From positions 7,470,201 to 7,534,200 of the forward strand of contig NC_092679.1 in NCBI RefSeq assembly GCF_964355755.1: 64,000 nucleotides of DNA. Reading direction: 5' to 3'. Source of the stretch: Antedon mediterranea. Taxonomy: Eukaryota > Animalia > Echinodermata. Under the pieces are notes generated by a model. It was not told the DNA's origin and searched no databases. It was given only the letters and a program-made list of their open reading frames with translations. A program made the translations under genes and the position numbers. Shown here piece after piece: positions 1 through 13,600 of this stretch. Each line of letters starts with the position of its first letter. Within the stretch, counting starts at the first letter, position 1.

Positions 1-790
1 GTGTGAACAAGTCAACTGATATCATACACAATGCATGATAAAGTGCGCACTGAAGATGATGAATGCTCACCGTGTGAACAAGTCAACTTATATCATACAC
101 AATGCATGATAAAGTGCGCACTGAAGGAGCTATATATCCAATACCAAATTGGCGAGTAAATCATGTTTTACTTTAAATTAAATTTATACGTTCTTCCACA
201 AGGTCAATTGTTAGTTATACATACAGACTATATTAAAACAATGATTTTGAACACGTAGGGCATTTCTTTGAATTCTTTCCTATCGTCGTTTTGTGGTAAT
301 TTACAGCTTTTTTTATGTTTAACAAGACTAGGCTAACTAAAGTACGGTCTAATGAATATTGATATCAGAAGATTCCCTAGCTTAGTGAAAAATTTGTATT
401 ACTGTACTAAAAATGTGCTGATTACGTCACTACCGGAAGTTGTAGTCTAGCATGATGCAGACGCAATTGATTATGTACGTTTGTTAAACATAAAAAAAGC
501 TGTAAATTACCACAAAACGACGATAGGAAAGAATTCAAAGAAATGCCCTACGTGTTCAAAATCATTGTTTTAATATAGTCTGTATGTATAACTAACAATT
601 GACCTTGTGGAAGAACGTATAAATTTAATTTAAAGTAAAACATGATTTACTCGCCAATTTGGTATTGGATATATAGCTCACTGAAGATGATAAATGCTCA
701 CCGTGTGAACAGGTCAACAGTAAGATTACATAGCTCTTTATAAAGTTCGCACTGAATATATGAATGCTCACCGTGTCAACAGGTCAACAA
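1..790. repeat. Degenerate ~71-bp tandem repeat interrupted by a MITE
   Basis: gtgtgaacaagtcaac...cactgaagatgatgaatgctcacc recurs at 1, 72, ~703 and ~773. Confidence 0.8.
127..679. mobile_element. 553-bp MITE with ~199-bp terminal inverted repeats and 7-bp TSD ACTGAAG
   Basis: 127-325 is the reverse complement of 481-679; ACTGAAG at 120-126 and 680-686; the neighbouring tandem unit shows the empty site. Confidence 0.92.
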
Positions 791-1640
791 ATACAATGCA
801 AATTAGTATCTTATAAACGATACTGTTACTTTTATCTGCCAGTGTACTATCATCCTGATGCTAAAGTACCTTATCGTCTACTTGTCATAGAATAAGTAGG
901 TGACATTTCAAATGTCACAACACATAACAGTTGGATTACATGACATTCACAATGTCTTACAACATTCAAACACATGAAAAGTGCATTACTGTATGTGCTA
1001 GTGTATAATAATAAACTTATTGAATACATTTAATTAAAGAATATATTTATAATTTACTTCTTGTTAGAGTGATGTAAAAGCAGAATCATCTTGGAAACAT
1101 CTAGCACCTCCACCCCTTCCCCCTTTACCCCAGAAATCAACCTCCTTGATTTATGGACACCCTTTCCTAAATTATTATTGCACAATTCCTTAAACCCAGT
1201 AATCTGTGCAAATACTTGTTCTGCTATTATATTATATACAGTATTAGAAATTTAAATTTATATTGAGAATATGTATATTTCTTATAAAGTCAAAATTCCC
1301 AAATATTAATTTACTGTTATTATATATAGTATATTTTAAAATGTAACAATGTTCAACATTACCACTATCACCTTTCATATATCTAGTACTTTACACACCA
1401 GGAGCGCACACCATATAAATTGTGGTGGTGTTGTCGCAAAAGTCATATAAAAATGTCGAAAACTTCAGAAATATAATATTATAAATTGCCAAAATACATG
1501 TAGGCCTATATGAATGATCATGTGATTGGCAAATGATATCTTTGTTAGTTGCTTTCTTTGCTTTGATACCGCAATTGCCATATGTGGCTAATTATGCAAA
1601 TAAGTTATGCAAATGAAGGATATACTGTACACCTGTCTCT

Positions 1641-1682
1641 TCAATACATCTTCTTTTTCGCTGCTGTGTACCGTTCCATATA
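1641..1682 (-). CDS. LRRC57: LRRC57 terminal coding exon 5
   Basis: tgtttcag|YMERYTAAKKKMY-TGA, the characteristic LRRC57 C-terminus. Confidence 0.92.
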   Translation of the reverse strand, partial: YMERYTAAKKKMY

Positions 1683-4600
1683 CTGAAACAAATAAAAGAA
1701 ACAATTGTATTAATTCTTTGGTAACATTTACTTGATCATGTTTGATAACTACAACCAGTAATTGGTGCAATGATTCCTTTGCAGCTCGTGGATGAAGGTG
1801 AAACGTCGGAGCCAAAATGTGCAAAAAACGGGTAAGATTTAAAGAAGAACTGAGGAAAACAGAGACGCATTGTTTAAGGTAATAAAGTTAAGAAATAAAC
1901 AAACTAGTTAAGAACCAACTTGTTATTTGAAATTTAAGATTTATCAGCTGACTAGTATTACATTAATGGTTAAGATCATGGTTTATATAAACATACAGGT
2001 AAGTCAATACTAATGTGAACACTGGTATCTGTCACATTAGAATCATATCAATGGTTAGATTCTACTTTCCTCACAAAAATACTTATATGCATCCAACAGG
2101 ATGGATAAACTTGTTTATAACGTATGCTCAAAAAGGGGGTTGGAGTTAATACAGCACTATCAGGATTGAACTCTAGACATTTGGATTGAAAGACATGCTA
2201 CCAAGCTACACAGCCACTACAAACATTTCTCAAGTACTGTATATTACTTTTTTTGTATGTGTACCTTAAGTTTTTTGGGGTTTTTTTTGTCCACATATTT
2301 TTTTGCACAAATAGTTGACTATGTTTTTTGCTTTAATATCAGAAACATTGACATATTTGTGTTTTCACAAAAAAGTCTTGAGTTCTTTAGCATACCCTCG
2401 CCATGGTTGTTCTCCCTATTTTTCCAAGTATTTCAGTTTCTATAGTATAATATTTTATTTATTTTTTAGTTGAAGCAGAGTGTTTGTAAAAAGAATGTTT
2501 ATTCTTGGAAAGAAACATTACAATCATATCACAGAAAGTTGTGGAAATAACATATCTAACAAATCTAAAAGAATGTTGAATACTTAAGACATAATTTATG
2601 TTTTAAATTTCTGGCTTTGACATTTAAAAACATTTTAAAAAGAAAGATGATAAAGCCTGGTATGTGAAATCAATCAACAGATTTCTTCTTTTCGTAAGGT
2701 TTCTCTATGAGAGAGGGTGCTATTCTCAGTTTTACCAGGTAAGCTAGGCACGAAATCCTTATAAGCAATCTCTTTTCAGTCAATTTTTTTTCATACGCAT
2801 CCAACAGCGCGCAACTTAAAGATGGATATCTCTTTTATAATTTTGATAATCATGTTTTCTTGTAATTGACTGTAGGTATTCTCTTTCAACTATATAACAA
2901 TAATATAAATTTTTAAATAGAGTTGGCCGTCGTCATGTTTTCTGAAGCAAGTTCTTCTTGAGACAGGATGCAATGTGTTGTACAATTGAATTGCTTTCCA
3001 TCTTAAGAAGTCTTTAACTGATTACCTTATCATATCCAGGTTGCAAATTGATCTGTTTCATTTCAAACAGATTACCGTCAACAGCTAACGTTGAAATGCG
3101 TGATTCCTCAAATATCTTTTTGGTAAAAGCTGTAGCTGGCAGACAATTTTCTTCCACGCGTAGAACTTTTAACCGTGGACATTCAGCTAAGGAATCGGAC
3201 AAACTTGATATCTAAATGTGAAAATATTAAGAAACATATAAGTGTACTACACTTTAGTTACTTACGGCACAGAAAAATAGCATAAAACCAATTATTCATG
3301 GTAATTTGATGTGGGGAGGGGGGATAATGATTAAGAAAAATAAAATTAAGCTGACTCCAGACAAATTTAAATTTATATGAATAGTGTAGAGCACTGTAGT
3401 GAATGTCACGCACAAGGCAGATAAAAGAAGTAAAATCTATAAATTCAGCTAAATTCAAAAGGTCTGCCACATGTGCTTTGATTTTGATATTTGTAATTCT
3501 ATAAATACTTAATAATTTAATTATACTGGGATGTCTGAATATGATGCATACAGGGTTCCACACTAATTGAAAATATACTTTTCAAAAACCTTTGGTACAA
3601 AAGAAAATAGTACTCTAAATAATATTATTATCATATGAATACAGTACTTTCATATAAAACATGGATATCTCCAAATAAGACAAAAACTGTTTATTTATTT
3701 GTAGTTACTTATGTTTTGTTTTACTAAGATTAATTGCCGGTCAGTATCACAAACAAAATTATGAAGTAAATTTTTTTATTTATTACGACATATATAAAAT
3801 TTTACAAACAAATTTTCCCAGAATAAAATTTAAATAAAAGGGACAAACACATTATCATCTTCTGCCTGAATACTTTGATGTTTATAGAAACGCTGGTAGG
3901 GATAGCAAAATAAAGGGAATTTGTTGCATTTACAGGATTTGACAATTCAGGGCACCATCTGCAAATAATGAGCTGCCTATCTTGTTTCCGCCATTAACGT
4001 GCTGCCATAGGCGATCCCTGGTTTTCTTTACAAGGGAAAGAATAAACCAGCTCACATAAGGTTACAGTGCATCATTACTCCCCCTAACATTTCCCTTGCT
4101 TTTATTTAATTTAATTATTCGACACAAGCCTGGGTGCGTCACAAAAAAAGCACTATAACACGTTAGCGTTCGCAAACTCTTATGATTCAGTTAGTTTCTT
4201 TGCCGGTGCGATGAAGTTGAATGAGAACAGAGTTCAATGATTCAACTTGTATCCAGTACGACAAGGCTGAAAATGTCAACAGAACGTTTGTGACTCACAA
4301 CCCAATCAAGGCAATGCATGCGGCATAAACGCTCCGAGAAGGGGGTTCAAGAAGTCAAGTGGTACCACATCCAGTTTGAGTTACTGTGACACTAGATGTG
4401 ACTCATCTTTATCCCTCCTCTTCCGTCCCCTAGAGGAAGTTTTGGTGTTTATGGAGGTTTCATTTATTTTGGAAGTAAACAAATATGAAGAATTTGGAAA
4501 AGAAAATTCAAGAGATAGTAATGACACTCATGCATCATTAAAACAGAAGGAAGTAGTGACTGTTGATCTCTCCTGCCACCATAGAAGGATTGGTAGCTAA

Positions 4601-7600
4601 AAGTGGTTCTAAGTAAATGCTCAAACCAAGATTGGTGCTTTAAAGTACGCTTTATTGATTTTGAAAAAAGATAAACAGGAATAACACACAAACGATTGAT
4701 TATCAATACTGAATTTAATTAGAAAGAAGTTAAATTAATTACAGCTTGTTATAAACATCAGAAGGATGGTCAATCCAAGCCCATAAGGAACAGTTAAGGA
4801 TTTGAACCAACCCCTTTTTAAAATGACATTTTAAACCAGCAGTGAAAGTGATGGTCAGGCAAACTGTTCTAGCTCATTTGGGGAAAAAGACACCCTATAT
4901 AAAAATCCTGGCTACAGGCTTTACCATCATAACAAAGAATCACCACATTGTAATACAGTATTTGGTTTTACAGTGAGAGTAACAATACAGTTCCAACAAA
5001 ACATTGAGGTAGTACTGTACTGTATCATTATTTGGTAAGGTAGTGGCAGATCACTTCCTATTATATATTTGTTTCAAGATTAATTTGTTTGATTTTGGCA
5101 ATTCACATCCTAACCAGTTTTATTATTGGAAAGCAACAACCTATTTTTGCTTAACACTATTGTATTGGTGTTCAATTTGTCCAATTTCAACATTTTTATC
5201 GGAGATCAACGACCTATTTTTTAGACTGACGCTATTTATATTTGTGTTTTAACTTCTTCAGCTTTATCCAAAATCAATGACCTATTTTTGTTTTATTGTT
5301 TAGGTGTTCAACTATTTACCACCTTTATCAGAAATCACACCTATTTTTGTTTAAGACTATTTATATTGGTGTACAATTTGGCCTATGATAAATATTGTAC
5401 AAATAATATTGTTTACTGATACTAATAATAGTGAAAGTAATAAAAAACACAATGGTAATTTAGGTGTCTTGTCTATTGAATATATGACATCATGCTATAC
5501 TATTATACTACTTGTTTTTATGTATTGTACTATTGTTAATTTTACAAAACCAACTTTAATACAAACCAATACAAGTTGAGAGAGTGAGCGGTATAAAACA
5601 ATGAACCTAGAAATGCAATAAATCATATTAAAATAGACTTTCAAAATATTATAAAAATAATTAAATTTCATGTATAATAACTAAACCCATGTGCGGTTCA
5701 TAAACCCAAAGTAAGAACTTTAAAAAACCACATATTATAATAAAATACCTTAGAAATTAGAACAAATTTGTACCACAAATTAAAATACATTCTTTTATAT
5801 TTAATGTATCGTAGTACTATTAAAGGTACTATACACTTCATAAATAATAATATATACCATTATTATATGACATGTGGAATGCAAAGTCAGTGGCACAGCT
5901 GGAAGTGATATACTGTAGGGTTCGAATCCCTCAATTAACCACATAATTTAGCAATTATTATATGATGAAGAGTTTTGTCTATTAATTTATATATATATAT
6001 ATATATATATAAATCCAAAGGCAAATTACTGAAAAAAATGACAATGCTGTGGGTATCAGTGGCTGGATCTCAATGGAGATACAAAAATAAAAAGCGAAAA
6101 GCTAAATCAAAACGATAAAGTAAACAGCCAGAAAAGTTAGCAGAGCTTTCGGCCAACACTAGCCCTTCATCAGTGCAAGTATATATATATAAACAAATCA
6201 GGCAAAGAACATTAATTCTAAACCGCCCAGTGATATACTGAAATTTAATTAATTAATTTGAAACGATAAAGATGAGGAAATCTGTGAGAATGAGAAAAAG
6301 TCGCCCCAACCAAGACTCGAACTCGGACCGCCTGCTTGATATGCAGATGTCCTAACCATTAGACCACTGGGGCTTTCATGGTATTGTTCGAACTCGATTG
6401 GATAGCGACTCTTTAACATTCTCGGAGTGGTACGGCGGAACAGCACTAGTCCTCAGTTGTACGCACGTGCACCAGAGATCAAATTGATACGCCCTCATCT
6501 TACAGTATTTTTATTCACGAGGCGGGATCTCCGAAGAGATACTTTTATATATATAAACAAATCAGGCAAAGAACATTAATTCTAAACCGCCCGGTGATAT
6601 ACTGAAATTTAATTAATTAATTTGAAACGATAAAGATGAGGAAATCTGTGAGAATGAGAAAAAGTCGCCCCAACCGAGACTCGAACTCGGACCGCCTGCT
6701 TGATATGCAGATGTCTTAACCATTAGACCACTTGGGCTTTCATGGAATTGTTCACACTCGATTGGATAGCGACTCTTTAACATTTTCGGCGTGGTACGGC
6801 GGAACAGCACTAGTCCTCAGTTGTACGCACGCGCACCAGAGAATATATTTATTTATTCATTCTGATTGATCAAGTGGATCAAGCATGGATACAGACACAG
6901 AAAGGAACAAAAAGCAACGTATTTCCACTGTGGTCCCTAAATGAAACACCTTAAATAATTAACAAAAAGCAACGTATTTCCACTGTGGTCCCTAAATGAA
7001 ACACCTTAAATAATTAACAAAAAGCAACTTATTTCCACTGTGGTCCCTAAATGAAACACCTTAAATAATTAACAGAAAGCAACTTATTTCCACTGTGGTC
7101 CCAAAATGAAACACCTTAAATAATTAACGGAATTGTAGAATAAACATTAAAAATATAAAACGAATAAAACAAGAATTGATACATAGTATTATATACATCT
7201 ATTGATACATAGTATACAAATAATGAATGTTTATGAGTGCAATGGTACAAATAATGGCACGAGGTGAATGATGAAAGGTTATATCAACGAGGCAAAGCCG
7301 AGTTGATATAACCTTTCATCATTCACCAAGTGCCATTATTTGTACCATTACACGAATACAAAACATTCATTATTTGTTTTATATAACATCTAAATAACAA
7401 ACAAAAATGTTTCAAAAAGTACTATTTAACGATCGTAGAATAGTGCGTACTATTGCACGCCATGTGACCCACATTCGTCCAATCAAATGACAGGAATTTA
7501 TATAGGTGTTATATAATATTATATACATCTATTGATACATAGTATTATATACATCTATTTCTTCTTACTGCCAACTGTACCTAATATAATACTGCACTGC

Positions 7601-10600
7601 AACACACTTCACCTCCAAGTTCTTCCAATAATCTCTTTTTATCCAATACATGTTTATGAAACTAACAAAATGTTAAAAACAAGCCACTGACAATGAAACA
7701 ATAGCAGCTACTCCACCAATACATTATCAGCTAAATGAGCTGCTTATACCAATCATCCGTCTCATAAACATTTTATTTAAAATGTTTATAATGTAGGAAT
7801 AAATAATATTCACACAAGTAAAAACTTCCCATGACATTTTCAAATTGAATGTTAATGTTTTTATTCAAACTGCATTTAACAATATATTTTTAACAATTTG
7901 TACGTTAAGTTTCCCAAGTGAGGGATGAATAAAGTTGACTTTACATATTTTACTAGCCGTATTTGATAATTTTTAATTAGTAATAAAAATTGTAAGAAAT
8001 TGGTTTTTTAGTGTGTCTTCCAAGGAAGCATGTCTGACGGAGAAAAAAGTTGATTAAAGTTTAGTGGAGTTGCCTTGAAAGTGCGGAGCGTGTCCTACTT
8101 AACACTTGAAAGCATTCCAGGCTAATTCTTGCCATCAATATATATCACACCAAATTACTATTTGATATTTCTCTCCGCTGCTACTATTGTTTTCAAATAA
8201 TCAGATAAATTTGTACTGGACTTGAACGTAATTGAAAACTGGCAAAGTTAAATTGAAAAAGGAAACTTAACAAGACCCTGGGTTTAAAAAAAAATTATAG
8301 TTGGTATTTGTTAGAATAAACCAAAGCGATATTGTTTCAATGTGTGGCACAAACTTTTAAAATCTGTTGACTATTAAATGATGTCAGAAAATAGAGTAAA
8401 TAATTAAGATAAACGTCTGTTGATTTGACTTGGAGAGTTCATTGTATTGGTCTCCTAAGACCTTAACTCTACCAATAAAAAATGTTACAATAAATTAACT
8501 CATAAACACTTTAATGCTTGAAATAACTAATTCCAAACATACCACAGAAATATGAACAATATGGATGCCGATTTAAAGATTTTTAGAAAATAATTTAAAG
8601 AACAGTGGCAGTGCAGAAAATATTACTAGCCTGAGACACTAAGGTTTATTGAATAAACTACAGTAAGTCTACAACTTAAGTTATAAACCTGAATTGTAAT
8701 AAAGAAAATACTGTACAAGAAAAGAAACCCAATGGAAATAAGCTAATAAGGATCCCAATGGAAAGCTAATAAGCTTTTTGGGCTATCCTGGACAATCTTT
8801 TATAAATGTATTATTTGTAATGTCAGTAATTGATGTTATCACTTCGTATGATTATTTTCCTAATAAATTCAAATCAAATCAACCTTAAAGAAAAATTTAG
8901 TCTATAAGAATTTCCAACCATGTATAGCCTTATGCCATGGCAGAGGGAAAGAATAAGCTATTATGGTGCTGATTAAATTTAACGAAATACAACATAGAAA
9001 TGTTATAAACAATTGCAATACAATTGATGTTTATGAATCCTGACATGAATTGAAAAGGCCCATGGCGCAAAGAGAAGCCTAGACTATAATAGACGGCAGG
9101 ATACTATAACATTAATATGTTGTTCTAAATGACTATTACAAAACATTGCCTATTGTACATTACTGCCAATGGCATTTTAAGAAATGCCACACATACGTTT
9201 TCTTTTTTTTTTGACAATAGAGTGTTTTAAAACAGGTGCCTTGTAAGTCCCCAGAAGCTTTGAGTTTTTAATGGGACATATAGTGAAGACAATTCCGACT
9301 TTATGCCAATTTATGACCTTCCGAAGTAAGACCCTTCCAATTATAATATGTATTGCTGTAAAATAATAACTCTAGTCTTTGCCGTTTGCTTTTAGTAGCA
9401 GATGTGTAAAAGGTAAGAATGGTATCCTATCTGAGCTTTAATGAGGGAACAAACAATGTCTCAAAAAAGTGAAAAACCTAAAGAAAATTTTGAAGGAGAG
9501 GTGTAACAAATTTCAAAACTGTGCAGTTCCACATTTCAATATGCCTAGAGCTATTAAAATAGAGGGCAGTAGTTAAAACAAAATAATAGTAATACCAACC
9601 GTAACTCTTTATGAAATGTAACAATTATTTCTAAATAAAATGAAGTTGATTGAAGCCTCAATATGTGAACGCAAGATATACTTTCATTTGTTATCTAAAT
9701 TATATTCAATCTACTTAAAATTAGAAGTTACGAACAAATAGCCTGAAGCAAAAAAGCACACTGTGTTTGAGTGGTGGGTAACTCAGTGGCTCTAATCAAC
9801 TGCTTGCCCTTAATAATAAAATTAAAGTCGAAATATAAAAAAAAAACGGATGGAAAACAAGTTGAAAGATTTTAATTTGCTGGAAAGAGAAAATCAGTCA
9901 GTCTAAGTCTTTAATGCAATTTAAGTCCCTTCCTAAAAGTAACTCGTTTTACCCTTTTGGTCTTATAGCTGTGGGCACCAGATTCAATTGAAGTTCCATC
10001 TTAAAAGTCACTTGTTTTACCATATTGGTCTTATAGCTGTGAGTACCAGATTCAATTTAAGTTCCATCTTAAAAGTCACTTATTTAATAGACTTTTGGTC
10101 TTATAGCTGTGAGCACGATATTCTTAGTACTCAGCAGTTTAAGAAAAATTTGGAGGATTGAGCAAAGAAGATTGTAACACAATTAAAATACAAGTTTATG
10201 GTTAACCACTACATTAGCACCATAACCAGTTTAATCATAACCTACTAAACAGTACTTATATAGGAAATAACAATACTTAAGGAAGTTTGTTGATTTATAA
10301 AGGAAGGCATTAAGTATATCAATAACATCATTAAAATAACAAAATGATTCATGGATTTATTTCAAAACAATTTGGTAATAACCATAAGATTTTGGTCCAT
10401 TTAAAAGGGTCATTAGATGTGGATAACATGTATTGGAAGGTGAAGGGGGGGGGGAGGGAGGTTATGAATACATATAAGGGGTCAATGATATCTTATATCA
10501 CTATACTTTCTATACACAATTTCTGTTTTGATTGGAATATTGCATGTGTGCCTTTACATTATCTTCACTAATACTGGAATATTGATTGAATTGATAAAAA

Positions 10601-13600
10601 ATGCATTTACAAATTTAGTGTAATGTATATGAAAAGTATCTTTGCACATTGATACGATTATAATGTTGGATCTTATCCAATTGATTGGCTCCCTAAGTCT
10701 TTACTAATGTCCACCACACATACAGTGTATTATACAAGCATAGCCCCTAGCATAAGCCCCCTCCAGGCCAGCTGCTTTACCAATGTCTTTCAAAGTCACG
10801 TCCAACTTAAATCTCGAGGGTGCGTAACCATGTGGTATGTATCATTTTTTCTTGACACAGCTAAAGCGAAGAGATTCAGAATGTAGAATATTCTAATTTA
10901 AGTAGGATAAAGTATTTGTGTAAACATTTAGCATTTGATAATTCCCAGCTCAAATGAGGTATTTAAATGGAGACATCACAGATCAGGTTATTGCAATCTT
11001 GAAATCATTTTTAAGTTAGTCCTGCGGCCTTTTTCACACATCTATAAAGATAGAAGAAAAGCAGGGACTGGAGACAAGACACTGTAAAGCATCAAAGTCA
11101 ATGTCTGTACGACAGTATCTACCACTTGTTTGTTTTAGCAGTAGGCCCCATGCATGGTTAAAAATATGTCTCTATAGGTTGAAGAAAGAAAAAGCTATTT
11201 ATAATTATTCATTAATAATATGCTGACACTGACAGCATTAAGACAAGAAATACAATATGTACTAAAAAAACAAAAAAATGCTATTACTAAAAAAAATATG
11301 TTATTAATATCATGTTAATTAATTACAATTATTTGTAATTACTATTACAAAAGTATTGATCACATGAAAATTATTATCATTCATAATAATACATTTATTT
11401 CATTTGTTTCAATTTTTCTGTTTTAAATCAAAGTCAGAAAATGTAACTTAGTCATTTTCAAAGTTCATAATTTCTTTTCCTGGCCATTCAAAGCGACTCC
11501 AAGGCTCCACAGGGAGTAAACACACTTTAATTGAATAATATTGAGTTTGATTGCCTAAATGATGAAAACTTTTGAACCAATTAACATCAATAAAATACCA
11601 AGAATTAATCAATTTATTGAATTATAAATATAAAATTTTTGTTAATTTTTGGAATGGATGCCAAGAAAATAAAGAATTTACTACTACAGTTTATAACACA
11701 GGATATTATTTTCATGTGACTTGTCAGTGAGAGTAACAGGAAACTTCAAAACCGAAAATTAATTTAGGATGACAAGCTAATCAAACTAATAGTATTGAAA
11801 TAGATGTGGAATATTGGAGTAACCACAATAAATAACAATCATATGCAGCATTTAAAGGAAATTATTGAGTTGAGATGAAAGTTATTGGAGGAAAAAGGAA
11901 GGAAGAAAAATATGCAATAGAAAATAAATCCTGAAGGAAAAAGAGGTAGGGAAAATGTAGCCTAGCCAAATGTTTCACAATATCACCTTATTGCACGCAT
12001 TATCAAACGGTGTAGCCAAAAATGCAATTAAATAACTAGAGTCATATGACTAATAAAAATTTGAAATAGTATGAATGAAAGCATAGAGAAAAATAGGAGG
12101 TGGTGATGAAGTATATTTATTTATTTATTTATTTATTTATTCTGTCTTTATACTGAATGGCACTTTCAGTGCTAAAGCATTGATTTCGAAAGTGGTTCAG
12201 TAGAGAAACATTAACAATATAATAAAAATAATTCAAAGACAACTAACAAGGTAATTTACATTATTACACACACATTTACAAAAAGGTAACTATCTACAAA
12301 ACATATAGTATATATAAAAAATTGAAGGAATTTAAGGTAAAAGATACTGAATAGAATATTATTAACGAATACAAAACATTCATTATTTGTTTTAGAACAT
12401 AGTACTATTAATTAACCAATCAAATATAAACACTCAATTGACCAAATAAAAAATAAAATTGTAGGGGAGAAATATAGTTTGTGATGTTGCACTTTACTTT
12501 ACCGTTGTCGGATGCCCTCCTCAATAATAATACAAAAAATAATTTCAGATTTACCTGATTCTGATTTAAATTCAATTCTTCGGCTTGCAATTGGCCAACG
12601 TCATCAGGTACACAGGCAATCATATTTTGAGACAAATCGAGAAAGTCTAAATTTTTCAACTGACATACTTGAGTTGGAAAAGCCTTTAGTTTATTCCCAG
12701 AAAGCAGTAGCTTCCGTAGGGAAGTTAGTCGGGCTAATGATGACGGGAAACATGTAATGTTATTATTTGTAAGTGATAAAGTTTCCAATTTTTTTAGATC
12801 TTCAATTTCATTTGGTATTGTTCCTGTAAAAGAAAAACCAAAGACAATGTTGTAAAAGGTGCAATAACCAAGAATAAAGCTACTGTACAACCTCATATTT
12901 AAAGATTTATTAAAAAAATATATAAGTATTATTTGTGGAAATCTAATCAACAACAACAACCATGGATTATCAACTATAGTCCTATTAAAACCTTACAAAT
13001 AAAATGAATAGACGCAAATATTAAGAATTATAAATATGACAGCAATAATATAGTACATCAAATATTAAAGTAAATAATGTAATTGATTTTAGAAAGAATT
13101 AATTAATACCATAATCATGTACAGTAGTGCAGGAGTAATATACGTAACAATAAAAAGGTCATACTATTATTATTAATATTATTATTATTATTCTACTTTT
13201 AATACAAAGAATGTATTATTTCATTTAGACCAGAGATTTATAAAGTATAAAAATAGGTCATATTAAATTATCAACTTTAAAAAGAATATGTACATATAAT
13301 TTTATAGACAAGAGATTTTAATAACATATTTAAATAGATCGTACAAAAGTTACCTACTTTACATGATAGAATGTATAATTTTATTTAGTCCAGAGACATA
13401 TAAATTAATATAAAAATACAGTACAGTATATTGTACTACAGTAAGGTTACCTACTTCACATAGAATGATTATTCAGTCCAGAGATTTATCAAATCACATT
13501 TATATAGGTCGTACTAAAGTTATTGACTTTAAGAAGAATGTATCATTTTATGTAGACTAGAGATTTATAAAGTATAAAAATAGGTCATACTTAAGTAACC

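Larger units (their letters stand above)
6181..6842. repeat. Direct duplication of a ~295-bp unit (period 364 bp) containing a tRNA-like sequence
   Basis: 6181-6477 nearly identical to 6547-6842; diverged third copy at ~59604-59712. Confidence 0.9.

Noticed and set aside
2187-2198. tgaaagacatg resembling the 5' end of miR-71
   Set aside because: Match stops after 11 nt, no hairpin, and it lies in a decayed tRNA/SINE-like remnant
5890-5935. A-box/B-box-like sequence as a tRNA gene (similar remnants at ~14545-14605 and ~27760-27810)
   Set aside because: Cannot be folded into a cloverleaf; treated as decayed SINE heads
6249-6810. Two near-identical 65-aa ORFs
   Set aside because: They are translations across the duplicated tRNA-like repeat, with no true ATG start and no splice context
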